A stretch of 64,000 nt of DNA from Lophium mytilinum. Lineage: Eukaryota. The notes below the pieces were generated by a model that was not told the DNA's origin, did no database searches, and saw only the letters and a list, made by a program, of their open reading frames with translations. This document shows, piece by piece, positions 37,839 to 50,122 of this stretch. Position 1 is the stretch's first letter. Every line of letters starts with the position of its first letter. The stretch spans positions 1,929,834 through 1,993,833 of the forward strand of contig MU004189.1 of NCBI GenBank assembly GCA_010093605.1. The letters are read 5' to 3'. Both the position numbers and the translations under genes were made by a program.

Positions 37839-39637
37839 ATGGCCGAAGCTACCTTCTACATCGACGAAGACGTCGGCGAAGACACCCCCTCCCAGCAAGG
37901 CACTGAGTCCTCCCCATACAAGACCCTCGGCTTCGCTGTCCTGACCCACGGCGACTCACCCAAATTCCTCGCCCGCAAATCCACCTCCGGCCACGTCCCC
38001 GAAGGCTCCGATGCTTCTGCCAGGCTAGAATGGAAGCCTGCAGCCAAGGCTGCGCTTAAGAAGGCGAAGAACTACGCAGCTCAACACCAGAAGAAAGCAG
38101 CCCGAGAACAAGAGCTACTCGTGCAGAGGTCGAAAGAGGATGCAGACCGGAAGAAGGTGCTTGATGATGCCAAAAAGATTGTGCTCGAGGAAGACAAGAG
38201 CCTACCAAAGGCAATCCGGATCAAGCTGGACAACACGGACCCAGACACAGTGAAACTAGGCGACGGCAAGGATGTCAAGGGCACAAGGGTGAGAATCTTT
38301 GGAAGAGTACACCGAGAGAGGCGGCAGAAGGAGAACATGTTCATAACGCTGCGCGATGGCTATGGCTTCATGCAGGTCATCCTCACGGGACAATTGGCCA
38401 AGACCTACGATGCCTTAACCTTGACCCGCGAGTCGAGCATGGAGATCCTGGGAGAGCTGCGCGCGGTCCCAGAAGGAGCGCATGCCCCCAACGGCCGTGA
38501 ACTTCATGCCGATTACTACAAGATCGTCGGGAAGGCTGCTGGCGGCGACGAGGCCATCACTAACCGGGTCTCAAAAGATACGGAACACGCAACACTTCTC
38601 GATCTGCGACATCTCACTCTTAGAGGTGAAACCGCTTCGAAGGTTATGATCGTTCGCGATGCCGTCGAGTTTGCATTCAACTTTGTCTACAAGGAACTGC
38701 GGATGCGCAAAGTCAGCCCTCCGGCCCTCGTCCAGACTCAGGTGGAAGGTGGAGCGACACTCTTTGGTTTGCCTTACTACGACGAGACCGCATACCTTAC
38801 CCAGTCTTCGCAACTTTATCTAGAGACTTGCCTACCGTCCATGGGAGATGTCTTCTGTATTGAGAAGTCTTTCCGCGCAGAGAAGTCCTTGACGCGCCGA
38901 CATCTCGCCGAGTACGCCCACGTTGAAGCGGAACTCGACTTCATCACCTTCGACGACCTCCTAGAGCATCTTGAGCACGTCATGTGTCGAGTCCTCGAGG
39001 TCACGCTCTCAGATCCGACCATCAAGCAACACATCCTCGACCTCCACCCTGAGTTCAAGATGCCCGAGCGACCTTTCATGCGCATGAGATACAGCGAGGC
39101 GATCGATTGGCTAGTGGAACACAACATCGATTTCGAAGAGGAAGACAAAGACAAACCGCCGCGACCACACAAGTTCGGCGACGATATCGCTGAAGCAGCT
39201 GAGCGCAAGATGACTGATATTATCAACCGCCCCATCTTCCTCACCCACTTCCCTGCAGAGATCAAGGCTTTCTACATGCCTAAAGACAAAGAAGATCCGC
39301 GTGTCACGGAGAGTGTTGACTGTCTAATGCCCGGCGTTGGTGAGATCGTGGGTGGGTCTATGAGGATGTGGGACTACGACGAGCTTATGGCGGCGTTCGA
39401 CCGAGAGAAGATCGACCCGGCGGCGTACTACTGGTACACTGATCAGAGGAAGTATGTGCCACATCCCCTGCAAGCATGTAATGGAATCGTAGCTAATCTA
39501 ACAACTCTAGGTACGGCACCTCTCCCCACGGCGGTTATGGTCTCGGCTTAGAGCGTTTCTTGGCTTGGCTATGCAAGCAGCACACCGTCAGGGACTGTTG
39601 CTTGTACCCTCGTTACTTCGGTCGCTGCAAGCCCTAA
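37839..39637 (+). CDS. DED81: Cytoplasmic asparaginyl-tRNA synthetase
   Basis: OB-fold [37 protein letters not shown]; motif 2 [24 protein letters not shown]; final exon [30 protein letters not shown]. Confidence 0.97.
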
Positions 39638-40244
39638 GTCACTAGTGCGTTTCTTACAGCGTCTTAATGACGACTGCATTCTGTACCGAGTTCAACTATT
39701 ACGAAGTTCCCTCAGACTTATGGCTTCAAGGGTTTGTATGTCCACTTGGCGACAGACGTATTTCGAAACGAAGCGAAGACGACAGATAGATTTCATGTCC
39801 CAGTAGGTGGCTAGGTGCCTGTCTTGAAGATACCGAAAAGACTTTATATACCCCAGTTCTCAGTCTGTGCTGATCTGTGAGTTCAAATTTGGCTGGTACT
39901 TGCTTGACTTGCTTACAGAACCCGAGAGGCACCAAATATGTGAGTTGGCTACCTTCTTGGGCGACTCTACATAGGGTATAACGGTCCAGAGTATACAATG
40001 AAAGAACACCTATGCTGAACAGAGCGACTCTTAGTCACGGACCAAAGCGCAGGCATAACCACGATTGCATATATCACACTGGGAGTACCAGCATCAGGGT
40101 GTATATGACACTACTAGGATCCAAAACAGGTGCCGCTGTGACATGCACTCATCAAATCGCTCACTTCTTATATCGCTCGCTACGTACGGTACTAGGAAAC
40201 CTCTCTCTCTACAATCCCTCTACCAAATCTCAGATTCTCCTGAT

Positions 40245-41863
40245 CTACAGCACGTACCTAAAGCTTGGCCCATAATTCTCCAGTCCAGCCCCCTCATCCG
40301 CCCCTGCCTTAGAATCCTCGTTCCTCACCGCCATCTCTGTCGCCGCCCTCTGCTCCTCCAACGTCCCGAATTGGCGATCCAGCTTCCGGTTCTCCCACAC
40401 CAGTAGCGTCCGCAGGCTGATGACAAGAAGCGTAGTGAAGAACATGAACGCCGCGCACACGGCCTGGCCTTTAACGTAAAAGGGGCCTTCGTTCGAGGGG
40501 TATAGGCGCGTGCCGAGCAGGGGCCCGCATTGGCCGATGAGGTTGAGCAGGACGATGCCAGCGCCGCGGCGGGTGTCGGAGCCTTGGTTGTCTAACGGAG
40601 AAAAACAGTAATTAGCTTCCGAGTTGTAACTTCAGGGGCGTGTCAAGAGAAAAAGAGAGAGGAGGTGGCGTACTCAACACCCACGGCAAGATATTGGCAA
40701 TCGCAGGAAAGATGCCCGCGGCAGCCAGAAAGACACCGAAGTACCGCGCGCCCACGTTATGCGCGGTGGCTAGAATCACGTAGCCGATGCCGCCGACCAC
40801 GGTCAGCACCATGAGCACGTATCCGCGCTGCTGCGTGCGGTCCGCGATGTACGTCGTGCCGACGGTCAGCAGGAAGGAGACGAAGAAGGGAGGCGCTGTG
40901 AGACCTTGCGCGTTTACGGAGGAGAAGCCCATCTCTTTGAGGATGGTGGGCAGGAAGACGGGGAGGGAGGAGAAGCTGACGTTGCAGCTGAAGTACATGA
41001 GGCCGGTGAACCAGGCTTTGGGGTCGAGTAGGACGGCACCGATGTCGCTCCAGACGATGCCGCCGATGCGCTCGGTGGAGCCGACTTGTGATACCCCCCG
41101 CGCTTTGGCGACACGCTTCTCGTCTTCCGTCAGGAAGCGGGCTTTTTCGGGGGAGTCGGGGAGGAAGAAGAATGCGACTGCGGCCATGACGATGGTGGGG
41201 AGGCCCTCGACCAGGAAGAGGACGCGCCAGTTTGCGATGGCCGAGTGGCCGGATGTGATACCGTACGCGAGAGCGCCGGCAAAGGTGTTGGCGAGGGGAG
41301 CGGCGGCGAGGAAGATGCCGCAGCGGAAACCGACTTCGTGGCGGAGGTAGAAGAAGCTGAGTAGGTAGGGGATACCAGGGCCGTAGCCTGCTTCAGTTGC
41401 GCCCATGAAGAAGCGGAGGGTCATTTCGCCGCCCCAGGAGTGTACGGAGGCTTGGAGGGTTGAGACAAGTCCCCTAGCGGTGTTAGCGGAGAAGAGAGTC
41501 TGTAGAGAGAGGCGGTTACCATCCGAAGACGACGAAGGCGCACCACATGTGTGGAGGGACGATCTTCCACATCATCGCCAAGAACTCGAAGATGATATAC
41601 GGGATGTAGAAGATGGTCAATAGCCAGTCGTATTTGTCGCCTGTCAGGTTCAAGTCTGTACTCATCCCAGCGATTCGAGCATTCCCAATGTTTGACCGAT
41701 CGAGGAAAGCCAGAAGATACAACGCCATGACTAGAGGAATAATATGCCGATCAAACTTCCTCACAACCCTCCTCTCCATGTCAGGGTCAATAACAGGCCG
41801 CGCATTCTCGGTGGGCACATCTTCGTTTCTCCAGGCCTCGGGAGCTTTCTCTGTGTCGTCCAT
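40245..41863 (-). CDS. MFS transporter, anion:cation symporter (Tna1/Dal5-like) family
   Basis: ERRVVRKFDRHIIP..LAFLDRSNIGNARIAG; LRFFMGATEAG; WRVLFLVEGLP; FFLPDSPEKARFLT; FLPTILKEMG; NNQGSDTRRG; ENRKLD..FRYVL; two introns. Confidence 0.92.
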
Positions 41864-44318
41864 TTTTGCCCAAATGAGGTCGAATCGGGGAATCGGGGGA
41901 TTGATGTGATTGGAGTCAGAGAGCAAGGCTCGCCTATATAAACTTTGAGACTCGTCTCGGGGTTGCGGGGTTTCGCGCTAGTAAAGTGAACTGAGTTTTC
42001 CGTCGGCCGTTTGAAGAATGGGGTACTCCGGATTACCCGATTGAGGTAGCGGTGGTGAAACGCTTGCTGACCGCACTTTTAGAATTCAAGTAAACAAGAG
42101 ATGGGTTCCCGGCGGGCATGCACTTCTGCGGAGGGGAGGACGGTGCAATTTGACCTGGATTCCGTCACGGAGAATTGATCCGTGTAGCATGAAAGGACGG
42201 CAGAGAGGCGTGGAGGGATGAAGGGGTGTCAGAAGACTAAATAACTCGTTTACATCCTCGCGTCGGGCTTTTGATCTGCCGAACAGCGTGTGGCATGAAA
42301 AAGGCGGGGATCGTGAGGCCATGACCAAATGATCGTCGAAGTGCACGAGGCTAGCTCCCAATATGGTCAAGAGCACCTCTTGATTTCGACAAGCATCCAG
42401 GCGCAGCTTGGCGAGGCTGAACAGCTAAGATCGCGACATTGGGTACTATGTGTTACTAGCTATCACGTACCAGCCTTGTCTGTTATAGAGCTAGAGATTG
42501 ATACTGACGGTCTAGGCTTTGATCAGCAATGGCCCACTGACCTATACACCCTATACGCTCAATGGCCGGTGATACTTCGGAATGGTACCCTGCTGTTATC
42601 CGGGAGCTATATTAGTCGGCGGGGCCCTGCGGCCCTATCACTGAGAGAGCGTTACGATGGGATTGAGTTGAGGTTTTAGTGGGCACCACGGAGATACAGT
42701 GACAGCCGTAAGTTTGGGCACACTGGTTCGCCACTGCAAGGGGCACCCTCTAGAGATTTAGAATATCTTTAGTCGATGTCAAGTTTCGAACAGTACAGAA
42801 CAGACTGCCTCTTGACTAATCAGCTGCTTACCAGCCAGACTACCCCCTGTAGTGGTATTGAGTGAGCAATATTAGAGCCTAGTAGTAATAGATCCATGTG
42901 TTATAGGATTCTAAAGATCTAAAGGCGATGTCGAGTTTAAAGCAGTGCAGGTCAGACAGCCTTTTGACTACATAGCTCCGTAGCAGCCAGGCTACCCCCT
43001 ACAGTAGTGTCGAGTGAGCAATGTTAAAGCCAAGCAGTGACAATTCAGCGTTCCCGGACATGCAGTAACGCAGAAGAGATAGATGACACAAATTCCTAAG
43101 TTAGAAACAACAACCAGGGAGGAAATTAAAACTCGGAAATTAGCATTTCGCTCATTGTTGAGAGCTGTGTTGGAAACACATACGATATCGACGCCTCCAG
43201 AGGATGTCTGGCAAACTACCGCAATCAGTTTTCCAAAACTAGTGCCTGTAGCCCAGAAAGACCGCATGCCAAAGTCAGTTTTTCGCAAGCCACAGTCTGT
43301 TCGCGAAGTACGCAACTGCCTGGTTGTTCCATGCTCTTTCAATTCAACCGCCGTTTCTTTCCATTATCAACGGCTGAACACCGCATCCACATACCTCGTC
43401 ACGTCCGTATCATCCTCCTATATAGAGCAAATCTAGGGAAGGGCAGTGCCGCAAGGCTACACGTCGAGGATATCGGTGGGATCGAAGGAGGTCGAGTTGG
43501 CGGCAATCTTCGATTACAGCATCGGCTGTGTAGTTCTCCGCTCTTGAATCAACAGGAGACATTGAACAATACGCGAGCTAGATTCGTAAAGGAGTGCGCT
43601 ATGCATAGGGGTCCCGTCTCATCTAGGCATGATAAGTGAACTGTTACTCAGCAACGAGATGCCGGCAAGTATAGCCAATCTAGAGGCGTTCATGGTCGCG
43701 CTCAGAGCTACTTGCCACGGTGCATCTGGTGTACCATGAAGACAAGAACAAAACGCGTTATCCTAGATGCTGGTAAGGGTATCGGGGCGTTGGGGATGGC
43801 ATGGAAGTGGAGCTAGAGGTCGCGAGAAACGTGTACCTATGCTCTCTCGAGCCCCACGCTAAACCAAATTCATTCTAACATTCTTCAAAACCTTTTGGCA
43901 ACAGCTCGCCACTCAAATATCACTGGCGGCGCACGAACTTCAATCCTAGTGAGCTAAAGCGGAACGAGCAGATACACCTTGGAAAAATGGCTTCATGTAA
44001 GCAGACCAGAAGATAAGGTAATCCAACCCCGCAGTAGTAGTGCACTCCCCTCTTGCCTTAGAACACAAGCTTTCCACCAAGCTTTCCCAGGGCTCACGTT
44101 GAGTTGGGGGCCGGAATGCAAGCTAGGTCTTAACTATCCAATATAAGAGCGGAATTAAAGCGACAACGACGATTTGACCTAGATAAAGAATAGATATAAG
44201 TATTGGTTCACACCTTCACCTCCTCCTCATCACACACCACATGAACATTTTGAATTCATCAAAAAGACTATCACAATCATCAAAACACCTTGACTCATCT
44301 CGTCGTTATCATCCCAAA

Positions 44319-45514
44319 ATGTCCACAATGAAAGCAGCCACCATGTCTGCCCCTGGCGGTCCCGAAGTCCTCAAGATCACAACCCTCCCCATCCCCACTC
44401 CCAGAACCGGCGAAGTCCTCATTCACGTCCACGCTCGCGGCCTTAACCGCTCCGGTGAGCAAATCCGCGATACATATACGTCATTCCCAGCTCTCAGCCT
44501 TCCTGAAGTGCTTCCCATGTAGTGTTTTAGCACCTCGAGTAGCGTCTTAGACCCTACTTAGTAGTATTTAAAGAATCGTACATGCTCGCAGGGCCTAATA
44601 GCTGTCAATCCATTGCCTCTAGAATTTTGCCAACAGTAACGTCTTCTTCTTTAGAGCTCTTCACCCGTCAAGGTCACTCCCCAGGAATCCAGTTCCCACG
44701 CGTCCTAGGCATCGAAGCCGTCGGCGAGGTAGTCTCCGCCCCAGGTAGTGCATTCAAAGAGGGCGACGTCGTAGCGACTGCTATGGGTGGGATGGGGCGG
44801 CAGTTCGACGGTGGCTACGCTGAATATACGTGCGTATCTGCGACACAGGTACAAAAGATTGATGCGGAGGTAGGAGAGGGGAAGAAAGTCAGCTGGGAGG
44901 TGTTAGGCGCAGTGCCAGAGATGCTCCAAACGGCGTATGGATCGTTGTTTCGGGCACTGAGGCTGAAGAAGGGAGAGAAGCTGCTGGTGAGGGGTGGCAC
45001 GACGAGTGTAGGGCTGGCGGCGGCGGCGATTGCCAGAAATTTCGGGGCGGAGGTGGTGAGCACGTCGAGGAGCAAGAGTCGCGATGGGTTGCTGAAGGAG
45101 AGTGGTGCTACGGAGGTGGTAATTGATGGGGGTAGTGTGGCTGAAGAGGTGAGGAAGATTTGGTCGGAGGGTGCGGATAAAGTGTTGGAGTTGATTGGAG
45201 TGACGACGCTTGAGGACTCCATGGCATGTGTCAAAGAGGGAGGAGTGGTTTGTATGACTGGGATTGTGGGGAACAAGTGGTCTTTCGAAGACTTTAACCC
45301 CATGGAGAAGATTCCGACTGCGGTGTATCTGACCGCGTACTCTGGAGGACCGGAGGACTTCATGAACACACCTTTAAACGATTTAGTGCAGCAGATTGCA
45401 GCTGGGAAGCTGAAAGTGCAGCTAGGGACGGTTTTCAAGCTCGATGACATCGCAGCAGCTCACACACTGATGGAAGAAAACAAAGCTGGCGGAAAGGTCG
45501 TGGTTGTGAATTAG
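44319..45514 (+). CDS. MDR-superfamily NADPH:quinone oxidoreductase-like protein
   Basis: [30 protein letters not shown] / [73 protein letters not shown]; 200-nt intron 44455-44654. Confidence 0.92.
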
Positions 45515-45558
45515 AGCGTGTCTACGGTCATTCCAAACAATGCAAAGCACCCAATCTC

Positions 45559-46005
45559 TCAAATATCCCATGCCGCGTTTTGCAACACCATCCTCCACCC
45601 GTCCGGATCCTCGAAGGTCTTCCCTTGCACGTCCCAATACGGGTTGAAACTCGTCACCGCCCCAAACCCAGCCTTTTTCATTCGCGTAACCGCTTCTTTC
45701 CACTCAGTCTCGTCTGGAATATAGAATACTAGCAGATTATCCTGCGTGGGAGCTCGTCCTGCATCATGACCATCCTTTGTCGTGATTTCAAGATGGTATG
45801 GTGCCCCAGGATGCCCAAGCATGACACCATCGAACCCGGCATGAGCAGTGAAGGATGATAAGATAGTGAAGCCGAGGCCTTCGGTATAGAATGGAAGGAT
45901 TGCAGAAATATCGTTTGTCGGACGAGCTATGCGGAGGTGGGATTTCGATATTGGTGGTGCGGGAGAGCTTATGGAGACTGACGATGGAGGCATTGGCGAC
46001 GCCAT
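45559..46005 (-). CDS. VOC/glyoxalase-bleomycin-resistance superfamily protein, YycE-like
   Basis: Intronless 148 aa: HLRIARPT..FYTEGLG..HAGFDGVMLGHPG..YHLEIT..APTQDNLLVFY..NPYWD..TFEDPDGWRMVL. Confidence 0.88.
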   Translation of the reverse strand: MASPMPPSSVSISSPAPPISKSHLRIARPTNDISAILPFYTEGLGFTILSSFTAHAGFDGVMLGHPGAPYHLEITTKDGHDAGRAPTQDNLLVFYIPDETEWKEAVTRMKKAGFGAVTSFNPYWDVQGKTFEDPDGWRMVLQNAAWDI

Positions 46006-46267
46006 GGTAGAACAGATTCCAGAGATCTGGCTTTCGAGATGCGTTGCAATAGTTTTGTGATGGTTCCTGACAGCGGGACCGCTGTACCGCTCATATATAC
46101 CATAGTTCGAGGTCTTACAAATCCGAGGAATCTAGATTGTTGCCAATTGAATTCCTCTATACTCGGTCATGTGGCCCTTGAATGTGGAATCGTCGTTGCA
46201 CTCTTCAAGTTACAGCTCAGGTTCTTGGTATTACAGGAAGCTTTTTAGTTTTCTCGACCGTCCCGCC

Positions 46268-47633
46268 TCATCTTTTCATTGCCTCAAACTCCTTCTTCAC
46301 CTCATCTAATAGCCCCTTTCGCGTCAACACATCTATCGCCGTAGCCGCTAACCCTTTTCCAACGTTCAAAGCGAGTTCAAATGCCTCTCGCGTTCCAGAA
46401 ACTTCCGTAAACTCGGGGCTGTGCGGGCCACTCCCTATATTCCCTGGCCGGATCCAAAACCCAGGACTCAAGCTTGGCATGGCATAGCTGATGTTGCCTT
46501 GGTCAGAACTGGCCATCGATCTATGCTCAATCTCATCTATATCAGCTGTTGGGATAGCTCCACCCAGTCGGTTGAAAAAGTGGCGATACGACCGTCCCAG
46601 CGCACGATTCGGGACATGGTCGTCATAAGACTGCTCGAAAGTAACCTTCAAAGTCGCACCTGTCGCCGCTGCTCCAGCTTCGAAGCACGAATCCACCTTC
46701 TTTTTCAGCACCGCCAAACGATCGCGCGTGTTTGCGCGGACGATGAAGACACCGGCGGCGTACGCGTGGATGATGTTAGGTGCGAGACCACCATCCGTGA
46801 TGTGCCCTTGGATGATGTCTCCTGGCATGGTTTGCTGACGGAGGACAGAAAGGCCGTTATACGCAGTAATGAGGGCGTCGAGAGCATTGATTCCTAGCCA
46901 TGGACTGGCCGCCGCGTGGGCTTCAAGACCAAAGTATTCCACTTTGAAGCGGATGTACGCAGCTGTACGGACGAGAGCGCCATCTTCGACGATTCCAGGA
47001 TGCGAAATCAAGTTGATATCACATTTGTAGTCCTTGTATGCACCGGCTTCAAGAAGCTTGATCTTGCCGCCTCCACCTAGGTTCAATTGAGCGTCTGTCA
47101 CGCGAATTTGGATGCTAAGAGTAGATTGTGGTACCTTCTTCCGCTGGAGTTCCAAAAAGAACTACTTTTCCGGGTATGTCACACTCTTTCATACACTCTG
47201 CGGTTGCTAGAGCTCCGGATAATGAGGCCGTAGCGATGAGGTTGTGGCCACAAGCGTGGCCAATGCCCGGGAGAGCATCTGCGTCTTTTGTTAGCATGAC
47301 GTCTTGTAAAATAGCGAAGCCCGTACCCATTTCAGCATTGAAAGAAATGACTGGTCCCTTCTTGCCACTGTCATACACTGCGACAAATGCAGTTTCGAGT
47401 CCATATGCCGACGGCGTGACTTTCCATCCTTTCCTCGTCTTTAGAAATCCCGTAAGTGCGGCATGTGCAATCTTCTCTTCGTACCCAAGCTCCGGATTAT
47501 CATGTATCTTCTTGTTGATGGGCCAGAGAGTGTCCGCGATGCGGTCAATGTAGGAGCCGACGGAGTCGAGGTGATCTTGCTCGGCCGACGCCACATCATC
47601 CATCTCCACCACAACAAACTCATCAATTCCCAT
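46268..47633 (-). CDS. M20 family amidohydrolase (ACY1L2/PM20D2-like)
   Basis: IHDNPELGYEE; NAEM / DALPGIGHACGHNLI; FGTPAEE / GGGGK; ISHPG; AHAAASPWLGINALDA; ASSDQGN; GPHS; two introns. Confidence 0.93.
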
Positions 47634-48085
47634 CCTTAGTATCGTTCCTTCTTTTCGACAAGCTTTCTAGGTCAAAATTCATTCGCAATGGGATGCATAG
47701 ATCCTGCATGTTTGAGCAGCGGTCGGCTCCGTCCATGGTGATTCGTATTACACCCCCGCATCATGAACCCGACCTTCGGATCGATGAAGCCGATCACCAT
47801 CCCCAACTCGGGACTCTACCGCCTTATCATCGCAACCAGATATTGCGAAAGTGGGATTCTGGCCGAAAGCACTCATTCTTCCCGATTTTCGCCTCGGCGT
47901 ACAGCGTATGGGTCCTTGTCACGACGGCTTAAAGGCCGTTAGACAGGACCCGAAGATACATAAATGCACGTCCTGGGATCCCTTGCTGCCTTCCACGTGG
48001 AAACCCATCTTGCAAAGAGCTTGGAAACCTGGGGTCTCATAGCTGTGGGTATTAGCTGAACATCGTCTTACCATACCTCATTCCC

Positions 48086-49812
48086 ATGTCGATCATGGAC
48101 GAAGTCAAGACCTCCCACGGAACTCAGGGCCAGAGCGGCGAGATTGAGAAAGAAATCGCAAAAGTGGACACCATCAACCTCGAGAAATCAACGCTTCACA
48201 TCGACGATGAAGCAGGAGACCTTGCAGCACAGGCTCTCGCCAGTGGGCCGTTGGACGAGGCTGCCTCGAAGAAAGTCCTGAGGAAAATTGATCTCTACAT
48301 TCTCCCATTCCTCTGCATTACGTACGCCCTCCAATTCATCGATAAGACTTCTCTGGGTTACTCCAGTGTCTATGGAATTTTCAAAGACACCAAACTCGTT
48401 GGCCAAGACTACTCATGGGCGAGCTCAATCTTCTATTTCGGATACCTCATCGCCGAGTATCCCGGTGTAGCTATTATCCAGAGGTTCCCAGTGGCCAAGT
48501 TCCTCGCCGTAAACATCATCCTCTGGGGTGGTGTATTGATGACAACCGCCGCATGCCACTCTTTCGCTGGTCTCGCTACAGTTCGATTCTTCTTGGGTAT
48601 TACAGAAGCTACCATCTCGCCGGGGTTCGTGGCCATCACTGGAATATGGTGGACGCGACAGGAGCAAGCCGGCCGTTCCGCTCTCTGGATTTCCTTCCTC
48701 GGCGTTGGATCTCTATTCGGAGGCCTGATCGCATTCGGAATCGGCCATATCAGCGGCAGTCTCTCGCCCTGGAAGTACATCTACCTCATCCTCGGCGCCG
48801 TAACTATTATCTGGGGCACAATATTCTTCTTCGTTGTTCCAGGTATGCACTAATCCATCCATTCTATACGCGCGCAATTCCTAATAACATGCAGATAGCC
48901 CAACGCAAGTAAAATGGCTCTCACAGGAGGAAAGGGTTATCGCCGTGCAGCGTGTCATCGGGAACAAAACCGGCACGAAGTCTCGAACCTTCGTCAAAGC
49001 ACAAGTCGTGGAGGCCGTCACAGATCCTAAGATCATCGTGCTGGGCCTAATTTCGTTCGTGAATGCTCTTGCATCTGGCGGCCTTTCATTTGGATCCTTG
49101 ATCATCGCCGGGTTTGGGTTCAGTCCCATTGAAACGACGCTGATGAACATGCCTCTTGGAGCCGTTCAGACAGTGGCCCAGCTGAGTGCCGGCTTCCTCT
49201 GCACGAAGATAAAGGGTTCACGTTTGATCATCGCTTCAATCGCTATGGTACCACCAGTAAGCATCATGCTCCATGAGTAACCCTAGAGTCATTCTGACAA
49301 CGGCAGATAATTGGTACTTGTCTCATCAACCAGCTTCATCCAACGCAAAAATGGGGTCGGCTCGTCGGCGTCTGGCTTCTAGGCTCCTACCCCGTCGGCT
49401 TCATGGTGATCCTTGGCCTTCTTAGCACTAACATTGCTGGCTCTACGAAGCGATCAGTAGCGTCGGGCTGGGTTTTCGTCTGCTATTGCGTAGGTCAGAT
49501 CTCGGGACCGCAATTCTTCAAAGCCTCCCAAAAGCCAGCGTATCATAGTGGTATTGTGGCTATGCTCTGCGGTTTTGTATTGAACTTGGTGCTCAACCAA
49601 GTTCTACGTTACTTGTATGTTCGTGAGAATACCAAGAGGGATAAGATGATCGAAGGGAAAGGTGAGGAGGAGCTCGCGGAGTTGCAGATGGAGAGTAACA
49701 TCAAAGGATTTGAGAACACGACAGATACGCAGAATGTAAGTGGAATAGATGATCGCGCTATAAGTTCTTACACTAATCTTACTTTTAGATGATGTTCCGA
49801 TACGTCTTGTAG
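48086..49812 (+). CDS. MFS allantoate/dipeptide permease (Dal5-like)
   Basis: VLRKIDLYILP..LQFIDKTSLGY; YSWASSIFYFGY; RFFLGITEA; WWTRQEQ; PWKYIYLILG; NIAGSTKRS; GPQFFK; FRYVL-TAG; three introns. Confidence 0.93.
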
Positions 49813-50122
49813 AGTCATATGTTTGGGTACCTTGATGAATAACTAGGAAGCTTCTCCTCGATCGGGATTCTAAATCACATATATCTATATCAATATTATA
49901 CGTTTATTTGGCTTTGGGGAGTGTTAGCGAGTTTCTTTTCGCCGTAATGAGACACTAGAGCGGATGTATGCATACTTGTCAAGTCGTGTCACCCTGTGCA
50001 GGGAGCCGTTCCCACAAACATGAAATACAGCAGTCTCCAACTTGGAGATCGGCAGCATCCATCATGCGATGGCGCCTCCCGAGAAGGACGTTTTGATTTC
50101 GCGGCGTTTGATAGTTAGGGCA

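Noticed and set aside
43083..43436. 117-aa ATG ORF
   Set aside because: No domain similarity recognised and no supporting splice structure
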